A stretch of DNA of 64,000 nt, from positions 17,174,001 to 17,238,000 of the forward strand of contig OZ116703.1 in the NCBI GenBank assembly GCA_964199315.1, in the 5' to 3' direction. Position 1 is the stretch's first letter. Each line of letters begins with the position of its first letter. Shown piece by piece: positions 1 through 13,100 of this stretch. A model generated the notes under the pieces. It saw nothing but the letters and a program-made list of their open reading frames with translations, was not told where the DNA came from and did not search any database. Made by a program: the position numbers and the translations under genes. The DNA is from Orbicella franksi (taxonomy: Eukaryota).

Positions 1-655
1 GCAACCTCAAGACACTAGCCACATCCCCCCTCCCCCCACTGAAAAATATTGGATCTGCCCATGTCTTGAGGTCAGAGGAAAGTGGCCATTAAAGGGAGGC
101 AGCCATTATGGGGAGGTAGGGGTGTAATATGACACTTGTATTTTTGGGGGGTGCAACCTTTTTGTCATTACAAAATGCTTACATGTACTGTAGCATGTAA
201 ATAAGTAACACAATCAAAGTATATTGATACTGCAACAGAAACCAAACAGAGGTATGGATCAATTTTCGTCACCTTTTACAGTACATTAAAAATAGGGTTT
301 TCTATACACCATTCGTCACTCATTGATTAATTGGCCATTGTCAAGAGGTTATTTTGGTAGCTGGGATGCGCTTTAGTGGCTGTTACTGTTGTGGAGAGGT
401 GACCATTGTAGAGAGGTTAAAATAAAGTGAATGTATGGATCATTAGTCGGGACAAGAAAAGTGGCCATTGAAGAGAGGTGGCCTTTCGTGGAGGTTCAAA
501 TGATTTTAACATAGAGAGGCCTGTAATGACATTGGCGTGATATAACAGTGCAAAATTTTGTGACTACTTTATACAAAGGATCTTTAATTTCAAGAATAAT
601 TAAATCACTAAGCAGAAAAGTAAAACTAAGAAATTAATTACTAATAGGTATTCAC

Positions 656-3600
656 CTGTTTGAAAGTATATTTGTAGAGTAATGTTAGCAGCTCAAGCAC
701 TGGGAAATGGGAGCTGTTTTCAAATCTTCTCAGGTGTATGCTCACAAAGAGTCTCAAGAACTCTGTGAACTTGCTCAAATAGCTGAAATAGAAAAAAACA
801 CATAAAAATAACATTAATCTTAGGAAAAAACAATCAAGACATGGGCTAAGTGGCTATTAATGCCGGTGTATAACTACGTGACTACTAAATCACATTGAGG
901 TTCAGGTATAATAATTAATTTATTTTGTTTCATTCCCCTAGGCCTCAGAGTCAAGTTAGATTAAATGTATTGAAATTGGCTCAGAGAAATTGGTCTATTG
1001 ACTTTTCAATCACACCCTAAAAGGTGGCAAGCAAGCATTTACACCTTGAGCACAGCACACCACAAAGAAGAGCAATGCCATCATAGATTTTTAAAATACA
1101 GTATTTTTAGTGCAGAGTGCACTATTGGGATGGTTTTGGGGGCTAAGGCACTAATGCGCGCTAAGGCACTACGGCACTAGAGCCCTAAGCTCTAAGGCAC
1201 TAACTTAAGGCATTAAGGCACTAATACACTAAGGTGCTAATGTACTAAGTCCCTAATGGACTAAGGTACTAAGGCCCTAAGGCCATAAGACACTCAGGCA
1301 CTCAGGCACTCAGGCACTCAGGCACTCAGGCTCTAAGGCGCTAATCCACTAAGGCGCTCAGTCGCTCAGGCGCTAAGGCGCTCAGTTGCTAGGGCGCTCA
1401 GTCGCTAGGGCGCTCAGTCGCTAAGGCGCTCAGTCGCTAAGGCGCTCAGTTGCTAAGGCGCTCAGTCGCTCAGTCGCTAAGGCGCTAAGGCGCTAAGGCG
1501 CTAAGGCGCTAAGTCACTAAGTCACTAAGTCACTAAGTCACTAAGGCAATAAGTCACTAAGGCAATAAGTCACTAAGGCAATAAGTCACTAAGGCAATAA
1601 GTCACTAAGGCAATAAGTCACTAAGGCAATAAGTCACTAAGGCAATAAGTCACTAAGGTACTAAGGTACTAAGGTACTAAGGTACTAAGGTACTAAGGTA
1701 CTAAGGTACTAAGGTACTAAGGTACTAAGGCACTAACGCCTTAAGGCCCCAAGGCCCCAAGGCACTAACGCACTAACGCACTCGGGCACTTGGGCACTCG
1801 GGCACTAAGGTACTAAGGTACTAAGGTACTTGGGTGTAAACTTAAATGTTTGTTTAATTAATAAATAAAATTAATTAATCTAGGGGCAAGGAATCTTGTT
1901 GGGGATGGCATGGGATAGGTACATGCGTACTCTACTTAAAACATGTTCCACCTAGACTAGTGTGTGAACAATGCAAAGCTACATGTTTGTTTCAGGTAAC
2001 CCCTTGCTCTCCTTGTCATACGGAAGTGAACCTAGCAGGGGTGAGTACCTGTCTGACTACCTACCAGAGCTATCACTTGCACTCTGCACTATCTGAGATT
2101 GTCTCACTAGTTTTACTTATAGTTCACCTTTCATCTTGTTCTGTGAGGAGGTTCTCCGCAGCCTGAGCTCCTGTGTCTTTTGTTATTCTTTGTAACAACT
2201 GAAATGTCTGTTGAAACAACTTCAGCAAGAACTCCTCAAATTCAACTGGAACACAATTCTTGGACAGCAGTTCATTAATACAGGACATTGCCGAGACACC
2301 TTAAAAAAAAATGCAACACAAGACAATATGGTAGCTGAAATAAAACAGTATGCTAACACAGTAATAATTGAAATTTTACTACAAAATATTAATGGTTCCA
2401 TGATGATAATGGTTCTACTGAATTATTTAGTAAGTAAAATGCTTCTGTGACAGAACACAGGCAACAAGGAAAAGAATGTTGTCAGTAAGAATCAATCCTA
2501 AAGTTTAGTTATCACTAACATTTTAGCGATCTAAAGTTATTACTACAGTTGAACCTCTCTACAATGGCCACCCTGGGAATAGAGTGTACTGGTCATCGTG
2601 GAGGGGCAGCCATTGTGGTGAGATTAAAATAAGAGCAAATTTCCCGACTCTGACTTAAATATATGGCTGCTGTAGACAGGTGGCTGTTGTTAATTAGTAG
2701 AGGTTCAACTGTAACTAACTTACATGTGAATGGTTATTTTTTCTTTTTTTCCCGTTTTCAAAAACATACATTCATGAGTAAAATGCATAATGCCTATGAT
2801 GGCTCTCAATCAGAATTGCATGCTTGAAGTTAACACAGTCTTTTCAGTCTAATTTCTTTAGAGCATTTTCAGTCATGTCATAAATCTCTCATTAACCAAG
2901 ATTACCTGGGACCATACTGGGAAAATATCAACCTTTGGTCTGTTTTTATTGTTCTGAAAATAACTTCACTTGGTCTGTACTGCCAAGACATCAGACCAAT
3001 ATTCTCACAGTATGGCCCTTGTGTAAGGCTATAAGATAATCACAACAGTGTATCTTGACTGAACAAACTTGGTCAATATTAACTACTTATTAATCAAGAG
3101 TGAGGTCTTTATGGGAAAATCTCAAACAGAAACTTGGCCATATTAACCTCACTATCATTTAGTCAATACAGCAAGGCCGAGGCTTGAGATTTTCCTGTAA
3201 AGACTGAACATTCAAGGTTAATAAGTTGTTTATCATATTGCTTTTTCCTCTGATTTGCAGGTCCGTAATCGGCCCATGGACATTCCAGGAGAATGATGTC
3301 CTCAAATTAGCCAATCAGAAAACACATTATATCAGCCACAAAAAGGAGCCATATACATTGCAAGACAGGATTTTCTAATATCTTTCAGAACACAGCATTG
3401 CTAATCACGGTTTACTTAATTCATACTAACCTAGTTCAGCATTACCCACAACATTGCTACCAGAACTTGTCGGCACTACATTGCAGCCAAACTCCGCAAG
3501 ATAAAACACGGTAGACACAAGTGATGGTGTAATTGTTGTAGACAGAGGGATCCAGCTAAAGAGATGGCCCAAACATTTGAGCACTAGAGAACTAATTTCC

Positions 3601-6600
3601 TCTGATTCTGAGTCTAAAGGAGGCAGTGGATGTCCTAAATTCTGTCTAGATTTCATCGGTGAATTACTCAATAACCTTCCCATGAGATTACTACTTCCCG
3701 GGTGTTGAAGTGTCTGATCAGCAGATGTTGACGATGAGAATAATGATAATGAACCTGATCCTGATACTGAAGGGCTTGTACTTCTAACTGGTGACATTCC
3801 GTGAGTAGGAGATGGAGGTGGGGTGACTGTTGTTGCAAGTCGGCGATGCTTTTCTAAGACTCTGTCCAATAAATGTGTTAACAAAGAAAGAACTCCAGGA
3901 ACTTCATTGAGCAATAGTCTGTGCACTTCAGTTTTTCTAGCAATACTCAAGTCTTCCCTGGGGGATGCCATTTCTTCTGATGTTGTCTGGAGCATGACCA
4001 AGCCTAGAGTTACTGTGGACGGTTGCTGGAGCAACTGAAAAAATATATAAAATAAAATATTAAAATAATTCTCCTCAACACTGGCCTTTTTCACACTAAA
4101 AATAAAACAATAAATAAATAATTATAGTTACAACATTATCTAATTAACCACTCCCCCAATGGCACTTTCAGGGCCAATGGAAAGAAACAATTTGTGAATG
4201 AGATAACATGATTTGGAATCCCAACTGGCAGGAGACAGACCACCAGGCTAATTTTTACACGTGTACCCAGTCGAGCAGTTGACCTCAGGCCTACCACAGA
4301 AAAACACCAACTAGTGGTCAGAATAGGACTTGAAGACGTTGAAACCTGTGACCTCCAGATTACAAGTCATGGTCGCATTGCCTCCATGTCTTACTTTCTT
4401 GCCCTAGAGTTGGCTTTTGGGAGGGTTAGGAATTATTTTTCCAGAGGAAAAAAATTGTGTGGCTTGCACATCACTCCAATTTACCTCTAAGCAAAATTTA
4501 AAATGTGAACAGAAGGATACCACAACATGATAAGCAGCAGAGATTCAAAAAATCATTTCTCCACAATGACATGGAGAAAGGAAATACATGTATTTAGTAG
4601 AAGTCTGCATGTAAGTTAAGACATTGTTATTTGAGTAAACTCTATGAAGAGAGAAGACTTACCTCAATAATATTTGAGAAAAAATTTGGGTAGAAATGTG
4701 GCCAGTCAACCCGTCCTACGTCGACAATCACTTTAACAAGCTTGTTTCTGATGTGTGTTGGAAGCTTCTTGTGGTGCGACAAAAGATATTCATTAAGAAA
4801 TTGGCGCACTTCAGCCTTATCTCCGGCTTGTGCTCCTATCCACTGTTTATTGATGAGATTCTATGAAAATGACATGAACATCAGCAAAATTGATTATTTA
4901 GCAATAGTACAATGTAAGTCATATATCCCACCAAAATTATTTGGGCTTTCATAGGAAAGCCAGAGCCTAAAAATGCAAGCCATTTTGTCTTGGTTGTCAA
5001 ATGAGGGGTTATAGTGCCAAGTGCTCCAAGCTGACTGCGCGGAAACTGGCGATGGGAATTATAGTTTTAGTTTAGACTGAGATGGTACATCAAAAGCGTT
5101 TTCCAAAAGAAAGTTGTCTTCCCCTATTACCATGAATGTTAAAGTGCTACTATGATCAATTTTTACCACTCTGAGGGGTACCAACATGGTGGCCATAAAG
5201 AAACAGAAATATCTGTCATTGAGTTTTGCTACTAAAGCAAAAAAGTTGTTGCTCTTACTAGAGCTTTGACACATCGGAATGAATACTTCTTCTAGTACAA
5301 GAACTGTTCAGTTAGCAAAAACTTAAGTAATAACCCATCTTCTGACCTACATGCCAGCCTTCTTGGGTGGCCATTTTAATGCAACCAATGCAAAAGCTTG
5401 GAAATTTAAATGTGCTCTTTTAGAAAAAGAAGAACCCTGTGGGTCTAAACCATTGTGAGACATGAAAGTCCTAGGGGGTCGTGCATCTGATGAAAATAAA
5501 TCCTCAGAAGGATGGGTAATTTTTAATTTTTGGAATATAACAATTCAATGATGTCACATGAAAACCAGCAACTTCACTTACCTCAAACACTGAAACCGCA
5601 TACATCAAAACATACTGATTTGAACAATTGTTCATAAAATATACACAATGGTGCCATGCTCCTGATTGTTGACTAAAGTTCTGTAATACTTGTTCTAAGA
5701 TTAAAAAAAAAAACAATGGAATTTATACAGGTAAACATGTCTAATTTATTCAGTTATACTTTAGAGATCAAAACTTCCACTCTTTAAGTGATGTTAGAAT
5801 ATCACAGAAATGCCCAATCATTGGTAAACAAGCTGTTATCTTCCTGGAATAACAGGTTACCATAGGACATGTAAAACCTATTAAAAACACCAGCTTGAAG
5901 GTTAATTATTATTTTAGTGCTTGCAAATGAAGACTGGCTCTGTGAACCAAACTTTTTTGTGGAATTGCAATTAGCATGATAAAATACATCTTTTTACAAA
6001 GTTAAAAAAAATTCGGTCAAGATGGGGCTCAGAGCTGCCTAAAATTTCAAAGATTTAAGCTAGCTCTGAACCAACTTGATAGAATTTTTTTAAACTTTGT
6101 GAAAAGCTGCATCTTATCATGCTTATCTTAATTCTATATAAAAATGGGAGTCACCAAGCTCATTTTTTAGTAATAAGCACTTCCAGCTAAAATTAAGGGT
6201 GTTTTTAACAAGTTGTATTGTTGCTATGGTAACCTGTTATATAAAAAAAGATCACAACTTGTTTACCAGTTATACAGCAATTGGATCATGTGAGATACCA
6301 TTTTTGTAGCATTACTTGTTAAACAGTGGTAGAATTCATCCTTCAAAGTATAGCTGTTAGAAAAGTGCTGGAAACTGTTGCCAGCGTACTTAAGGTAAAA
6401 TAGTGTTACAACATACCCCAACATAACCCAAAATACCCAAATCATTAATGCTAACAACTGTATTGCAAAATGGCATTTGGGTGACTGAGACATCCAGGAG
6501 CTTAAACTATTGGCAGCCAGCTCCTAGATGGAAACTGCTCCCAGGACTGGCAAATCCTGGCAAACCAGCCATGAACCCCCACACAGAAGAGAAACCTGCA

Positions 6601-8349
6601 CCTGTCACACTGATAACACAGAGGAAAGAGAGGAAGGAAAGGGGGGGGGGGGGTGGAAGCCCTTAAGAAGTGCTCCTATACTCAAGGAATGCTCACTATA
6701 TTTACAAGTACACAATGTACAGGCACAATGCTAAACCTACTTCAGTCAGAGAGCACATGGACTCCTGAGGTATATGCGTATCTAGCAAAACAAAGCGGAC
6801 TGCAAATTAAAGGGATGCTAGTGCTCTAAACTGTTACAATGCAACTATCTTTAGTAAGATACTCCCCTCACAGTGTCCCACTCATTCCAGGAGTATAAAT
6901 GGCCAGAGTAGTGAGCCAGTTGTTTGGTCCAGCTCACAAATGCTGGGGTGTAACTTAAGATAAATTAGTGCCCTATACTGGGGAGTGAGCATTTATCCTG
7001 TTGGTTTAGGCTTCAGAAACCAGGAGAAGCTCTGGGAGTGTGGACACTTGGAGGTCATTGATCAGTGATGTGCTGTGCAGTTAAAGAACCACTAGTTAAC
7101 CATTATGCTTTTCACACATCTGTTATTATATTGGTTTACATGATAGCAAGGTTTCTACGATTGTTTTTCATTGCTGCATAGTGCACAATGCATTCTGGCA
7201 AAAACTGGGTCAATAAAGATTTAATAAATACCTATTTCTCTTTTCCGATGGTTGTTGGTTGAGGCATTGAAGAATTCATTCATAAGCAGCTCCAAGGCAT
7301 GAAGAGATGCTGCATCTGATGACTGTGAGAGGAATTTAACAGTCATGCAATCATAAGAAGGCAGTGTAACCATATACTGGCCTGGTACTAATTAATAGCC
7401 CATGTCCACTTTTAGAAGATAATTGTTTTATTTTTTATATGTTGCTTATACATTGACCCTACAGCACATTTTGGATGTCCAGTTTTCAAATCCTGGCCGG
7501 CAGCCTATGTAAAACCAAACCAAAAGTAATCTTGGCATACTGGCCAATCACAAAGGACACAGACAATTTAACGAACCAATTAAAACTCTGAGTAAATACA
7601 TGGAACTAATGCGAAGTGTTGAAAAACATGTGAGAATGGTTTTGACTTAATTGGATGACAAAGTGTGTAGCATAGTAATGCAAAACCAAAGCAAATGTGA
7701 ATGATGCTCAACACTCATGTGAAAACCACTCCATTCTCATTATTGGCTTAAAAATCTTGTCCTACTTTGTCATCCAATCAGAACTAAACCACTTGTTTGT
7801 AACTCACTCGCACATTTTTTTCTGCACTCCAGACTATTAATATGTTTGCTTCAAGTTTTAACTGGTTCACTGCACTGTCCATGTCTACTGTGATTGGCCA
7901 CTGTTAAATCTGGTTTTGGTTTCACAAAATTCATTGAAATCCGTTCTATATTTTCAGGGATGCAAAGAAAAACTATCAGATCCTTATCTCAAATTTTAAA
8001 CATCCAGTTTGAATTAAAACTTTTCCAAGAAATATCCACCACTTTCTGTAGAATATACACTGAAAACACGTTTTCATGTAAAGGCCTGTCACATTGTATT
8101 CGTTTACTGGACACGTTCCTGACTCCAGCAATTAGCCAGAAATCACGCCATCTCTGCCTAAGCACAGCGCAAGGATAAATGGATGACAAGGTCTCAATAC
8201 CATGGATGGAAACAATGAATTAATTATTCAATCTAAGGTCCATTGAGCGGGCTTAAAAGACTGTTTGATGCAACATACCTACATTTCACTTCTAGGTGGC
8301 GCCACATAAAGATGAAAAAAGTTTAAGCTTACTTAAGCTTACTTACCAT
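656..8349 (-). CDS. XPO6: Exportin-6 (importin-beta family), N-terminal part; gene continues beyond the left edge
   Basis: Exons with GT-AG ends and consistent phases: 8347-8349 (ATG only, then gtaagt), 7232-7322 (SSDAASLHALELLMNEFFNASTNNHRKREI), 5582-5694 (QVLQNFSQQSGAWHHCVYFM...VSVFE), 4663-4860 (NLINKQW...IRNKLVKVIVDVGRVDWPHFYPNFF), 3431-4034 (LGLVMLQTTSEEMASPREDLSIARK...CLGHLFSWIPLS), 2128-2299 (SAMSCINELLSKNCVPVEFEEFLL), 656-782 (YLSKFTEFLRLFVSIHLRRFE). These peptides closely match remembered vertebrate XPO6. Confidence 0.93.
1143..1830. repeat. Intronic minisatellite of about 85 degenerate 8-bp units (ctaaggca family)
   Basis: Continuous 8-bp periodicity in blocks: ggcactca, gcgctcag/tcgctaag, gcgctaag, gtcactaa, ggcaataa+gtcactaa, ggtactaa. 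Confidence 0.95.
2546..2711. mobile_element. Tc1/mariner-type MITE
   Basis: TIR CAGTTGAACCTCT...AGAGGTTCAACTG flanked by TA on both sides (2544-2545, 2712-2713). Degenerate relatives near 360-500 and 21890-22120. Confidence 0.75.
4125..4385 (-). mobile_element. Degenerate tRNA-derived SINE
   Basis: Minus strand begins with a tRNA-like head (gacttgtaatctggaggtcacaggtttcaa...agtcc...ctgaccactagttgg). Boundaries approximate. Confidence 0.45.
6790..7050 (+). mobile_element. Degenerate SINE, same family as 11415-11700
   Basis: Shares the core ctcacagtgtcccactc...tataaatgg...tgctggggt(g)taac...cagaaaccaggagaagc with 11415-11700. Boundaries approximate. Confidence 0.45.
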
Positions 8350-9591
8350 GATTAAGCCTACAGCCTTTTGAGTCTTACGTTTATCATAAATCGCTTCCAA
8401 AGTAATTCAGTTGACCAAACAACATCTTCAGGATTGGTGAAATAAATATACCATACACAGCTCTGTCTTTTTATCTCAGTCAGAGGCTGGGAAAGAATGC
8501 AACGTGGAGATCAAAAATTGTCGCATGACTCATGCAGTCATCGTAAAATACATCCAGGCTATCTTTACAACGTCAAGTCAGTGACCGAGAGTACAGTCCC
8601 CAGACCTTTTGCTCCGCAAAGAACGAGTAGTTTAACCATAGAAAAAAAATAATGGTCGTGAACTCCACACTTTCGAACCAAATTATGTCAAGAACGTAAA
8701 ACGGCGACAAAGACCGGTAAAAGTCTCGTACGATTGCGATAGCTATGCCCCTTTCTACTTCTTCTTCCTGCCCGGCCCACATACATAGAAACGAGGCTAA
8801 CAAGGTAGCAAAAGAGCGGGGAGGAGTGTGTCGGAGAATCCAGTACCCAGCGGAGGAGAGGGTGGGGGGATGCACGTAAAGGGTCGGACTGCATGCATAA
8901 TGTTTTACAGGTACTTGAGTTGGATTAGAATATCGAATGAAGTTCCTTTGCGGGAGATCACCAGCTCTAGAATTTTAGATACGCCCAGATGATAACCCAG
9001 ATGAATAAGGAAACAACAATGACAACAAACCATCAGTTTTCCACACTTCTCCCTCATGTTTTCGCTTGGAAGGGGCTATAATATTATAGGTTCAATAGTT
9101 TCTACGCTCATTTCACAACTCATCAAGAGTGTCCTTCCCCTTTCACATGAGAGTTTCTACCCTCCAGGTCTCATAAACAAAGAGGCTTAGAGGTTCATTT
9201 TTCTTACGTTGACCAGGAGCCAGACATTTTATACAGACAGTGTCAAGAAGAAAAAAAACTTTATTGAAGTTTTATTGAATTACCTGTTCCTTAATTACCA
9301 AAGATCATTATGTTTGCATAATAAGTTACACGTCTTGATTGACACTGTGCATAAGTTGGAGAACAGCTGAGTGAAAACAAAAATTACGATATCACCTAAA
9401 CCATCTTGTGTGCTACTATACTGGACAACAAACCATCTTCTTGGTAAAGCTAAGGTAACTGACGCCCAAAATATGTACAGTGTACCAAAGACACAACATG
9501 GTATTGAGAAAATTATCCACTGTCCAAGAAAAAAGTTCTCATAATAATATTCTTCTTCTGCATTTGATGTGACAGTAAAAGGCAGTAGAAT

Positions 9592-9901
9592 CCCATGGGG
9601 GGGGGGGGGGGGAACTCCCATATAAAAAAAGATTGGACTGCTCATCGGGTCCCTGAGAGGTACCAAGATCCTGTTTTGTGGGCGTGGCTTGAAAATATTT
9701 TCACCCTTAAGAGGTAGTTATTCTAAAACAAAACATTATCTCTTGTCATATTTTTTTGGTCTCCATACTACTGCAAAAGCTCCCGCTGTGGACCCTTTGA
9801 GGCTGAACACCCTAAGAGGTACCAAAACGGCTTTTTCAACCCCTAAAAGGTACAATGAGCACCACTGTCCTTTTTATACGGGGGTCCCCCCCCCCCTTGG
9901 G
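9592..9901. mobile_element. MITE with CCC...GGG poly-G TIRs (CMC/EnSpm-like, unclassified)
   Basis: Left end cccatgggg..ggaactcccatataaaa..ggactgctcatcg is the inverse of right end caatgagcaccactgtccttttatacggggtccccc..ttggg. Family members at about 42860-42970 and, inverted, at about 62815-62960. Confidence 0.7.
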
Positions 9902-10175
9902 AATACAAGCTGAGTGAAAACAAAAATTAGGGTATTGTCCCAGTCTAAGCCATCTTGTATGCTAGCATACTGGGAACCACGCTATCTTCTTGCTAAAGCG
10001 GCTATGGTTACGACTAAAATAATTATGAACAGTGTACCAAAGACACAACATGGCATTGAGGAAATCATCCATTGTCCAATAAAGATGTTCTCATAATCAT
10101 ACTCCTCTGTCTTTGACTTACTGCTGCCTTTGACTTTTGTAGTAAGAATGATAAGGCATTTTATTTGATTTTTGA

Positions 10176-13100
10176 CTACATGGCATGTGCATCTCTAAAT
10201 GCCAGAGCTACTACAGCTTTTTGATGTCCACTGTATTCACAGATGACCTCCCCCTGCTCCAGATTCCAAAGGCGTGCCATGTTGTCAGATGACGCTGAAG
10301 CCAAGAAGAACAATGAAAAAGCTTTTCAATGACTGGTATAAGAAATAATCTCTGTGGCTTAAAATACTTAAATGCCCTGTTCAAACAGAAGCCACACTCA
10401 TAGCTCAGATTTACGTGTACCAGTACTCAAGAACAAAACTGACAAGAAAATGCAAAAATTGTCAGGAAACAACAAATTGACAATTTCATTATCAAGGGAG
10501 ACATGACATAATTCTCTAGTGTCTTTTTTAATTTCCAGGGGAAGAGCAAGGCAGGTTTTGGTTTAAAGTTTGACTGGCTGAAGGGTATTTTGGAAGCTTA
10601 AGGAAGCCAGATATATTTTAATTTTCATTTTATTGTCACTATCAGTATTCTTAAAGGTGTTAATCTCACCTTTACTATCACTTGAGTGATACTAGTATAG
10701 ATCTCTTTTTCCCTGTGTTTCCAATCATTCCTTTCATTCTGATAACATCACAACATATTTTTAGCACCTGTGTATCATACCTGTGATAAGATACTGCGAG
10801 TCTTCTGAGAAGGCACAATCCCACACCCATCGTTGATTAGCTTCTTTCAGAGTCTTTTTAAGAGAGAAGTCAGCTGTCTGCCATATATTAACTGTTGTGT
10901 CTGCAGATGTTGTGGCTAAGAAGCTATATATTGATCAATGATAAAGAAAGAGATAATTTGACAATCCACTGAGTAGGTTAGTGTTAAAGTTAGTCTGCCA
11001 AACTGATTTACAAAATACCATGCTCAGGTCAAGGTTTTGGTTTCCAATTATGTTAATTAACCATTTGCACCAAAAACAAAAGCAAATGAATGTAATAAAT
11101 ATGACAAATGCACATGTACCATCAACCTTCACCGTCTAAGTACTCAGGAAAAAATGAAGAGGAAGAAGGCCTATTCAAGAGAGGCACTTAAATTTTATAA
11201 CATTAAAGATGATTTTCAATTTTCTTGCTGTTTTTAATATACTGTGTATATTTTCAGTTTTGAGTTTAATTTTGAAGTTGTCTGTGTATGGTGTCTCAGA
11301 AGTTGTGGAAAGGGAAATTCTTATTATAAGTGATTGAGTCTTAAGATTCAACCTTGAATTAACATTAGGAATAGGAACTTCAGTTGATTAAAAGAACTAT
11401 CAGCAGTAATTGGCACACATTAGCGCAGTGGACTCAGTGGGTTGGGTTCAAATGACCCACTTTTGGAGCCCTGTTGCTGATTTATGAATAATACTGTGTT
11501 GTGTTCTTGGGTCGAGTGTCACTCTCACAGGACCTCTCTCCGCCCATGAAGATAAATGGATACCAGAAACTAAATGCTAAGGGTTGTAAGGGGGTAACCT
11601 CACAATGGACTAGCGTCCCATCAAGGAGGAATAGAAATGCTCCAATTTACTTCATGCCTCTGATTTCAACTGGAGATAAGCACCAGAACCAGCCTGATGG
11701 ATGACATAAATGCAGATGTAATAAAAAGTACTCACCATGAGTCTGGACTAAAAAGGCATTTAAGGGCTGCTCTTTTATGTGCCCTAGGAATTTTTGTCCT
11801 GGGGTGTAGCATAGTTGGATCATCTTTGGTACCACCAGTTAAGCTCCATACATAACAGTTACCCTTCAATTATTGGAAAAAAATGCAAAATATTAATTTA
11901 ACAAATTAAAGCAATGTTATACTGAATAGAGGGGAGAAGTACGTCAGGTTTTTTTAAATTTTGAGCTTCTCGTTTTCATTTATAATTATTATAATTCATC
12001 AAGTTAAAACAAAGGAAGTTATAATCACAATGGAGGTTTTGGAAGTCTGATATTAATTAGCATAGATTGTTATGATCTCATTTCTCTGTTTATCAATTTT
12101 AGTTTTGATTCAGAAAATGTAACTAGCAAACACTTGAATGAGTGTAAATACTCTGTAAATATTGTTTTTCTCATTATCCTTATCGTTATCATTATCGTTA
12201 TCGTTATCGTTATCATTATTATTATTATTATTATTATTGTTATTATAGTGTTTCCTCACATTTCTAGACAACTCACATTTTGTCAAAAAATACTGTGCTA
12301 TACATCAACTCTCAGGTTTCTGGCAATGTCCTGAAACATCTTCAGAACATCTTCAGAATATCACATTATATATCATTTGAAGACAGATCTGTCTAGACAC
12401 AATGCTTAATTAGATTGCAGTGTGTTTAAAAGGCACACAGCAATCTAACATAAAATTACCTGATTATTGACAGCTGCCATGTAGGATGCTTCTCTGTCAA
12501 TACTAATGGACAGGATTGAAGCATCTGATTCTGGAATCTATACAGAAAAGAAAAAAAAGAAAAAGAAGTTGCAATATTCACGAAATAAAGTAGAAAATGT
12601 GGATTTTTAATTACATGTATTGTTACCAGATAGAGGAAGAGGAAGAAGGAATGGATTGTGCTGTGGGCAGAGGGTAAATAAAATATAGAGAACAGAGAGG
12701 AAGAGAGAACAAGGGAGGGAGGAAGGTACATCCATATGAACACAGATTACTTGTGACTTGACACTCCTACAAACAAAGGACATAATGTCATAAAATGGTT
12801 ATAATCCAGGTGAAACCACAGGTGAAGTAAGTGGTTTCACAGCAAGGCTTTGACATTCTATGATATCATTTCTGTGGTCTATATAAGTATGAGTGTATGT
12901 CAGTAATGGCTAAAAACCTCTTTGATCTTAGATGAATTACATGTTGGTATGTCTACATCAAAGTTTCAACTATTCTTACCAACTGTTCATTGTGATCTGT
13001 CTTCAGATCCCACATATGTATTGCACCACTCTGATCACCAACAATGAGCTCACCCTAAAACAACGTGATAATATTTTAAGAGTTAACCATCATTTAATTT

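Noticed and set aside
8500-8900. Short ORFs 8573-8875 and 8688-8894
   Set aside because: No recognisable homology or splice support; the CpG-rich stretch fits the XPO6 promoter/5'UTR better.
9295-9666. Membrane-protein-like ORF (123 aa, minus strand)
   Set aside because: It starts inside a MITE, and the duplicated copy near 9908-10100 has an in-frame stop and many replacement changes.
11415-11470. tRNA gene
   Set aside because: Has only degenerate A/B boxes, no complete cloverleaf, and continues into a SINE body.
12134-12334. Poly-Ile/Val 'transmembrane' ORF
   Set aside because: Translation of an (ATT/ATC)n microsatellite in an MLST8 intron.
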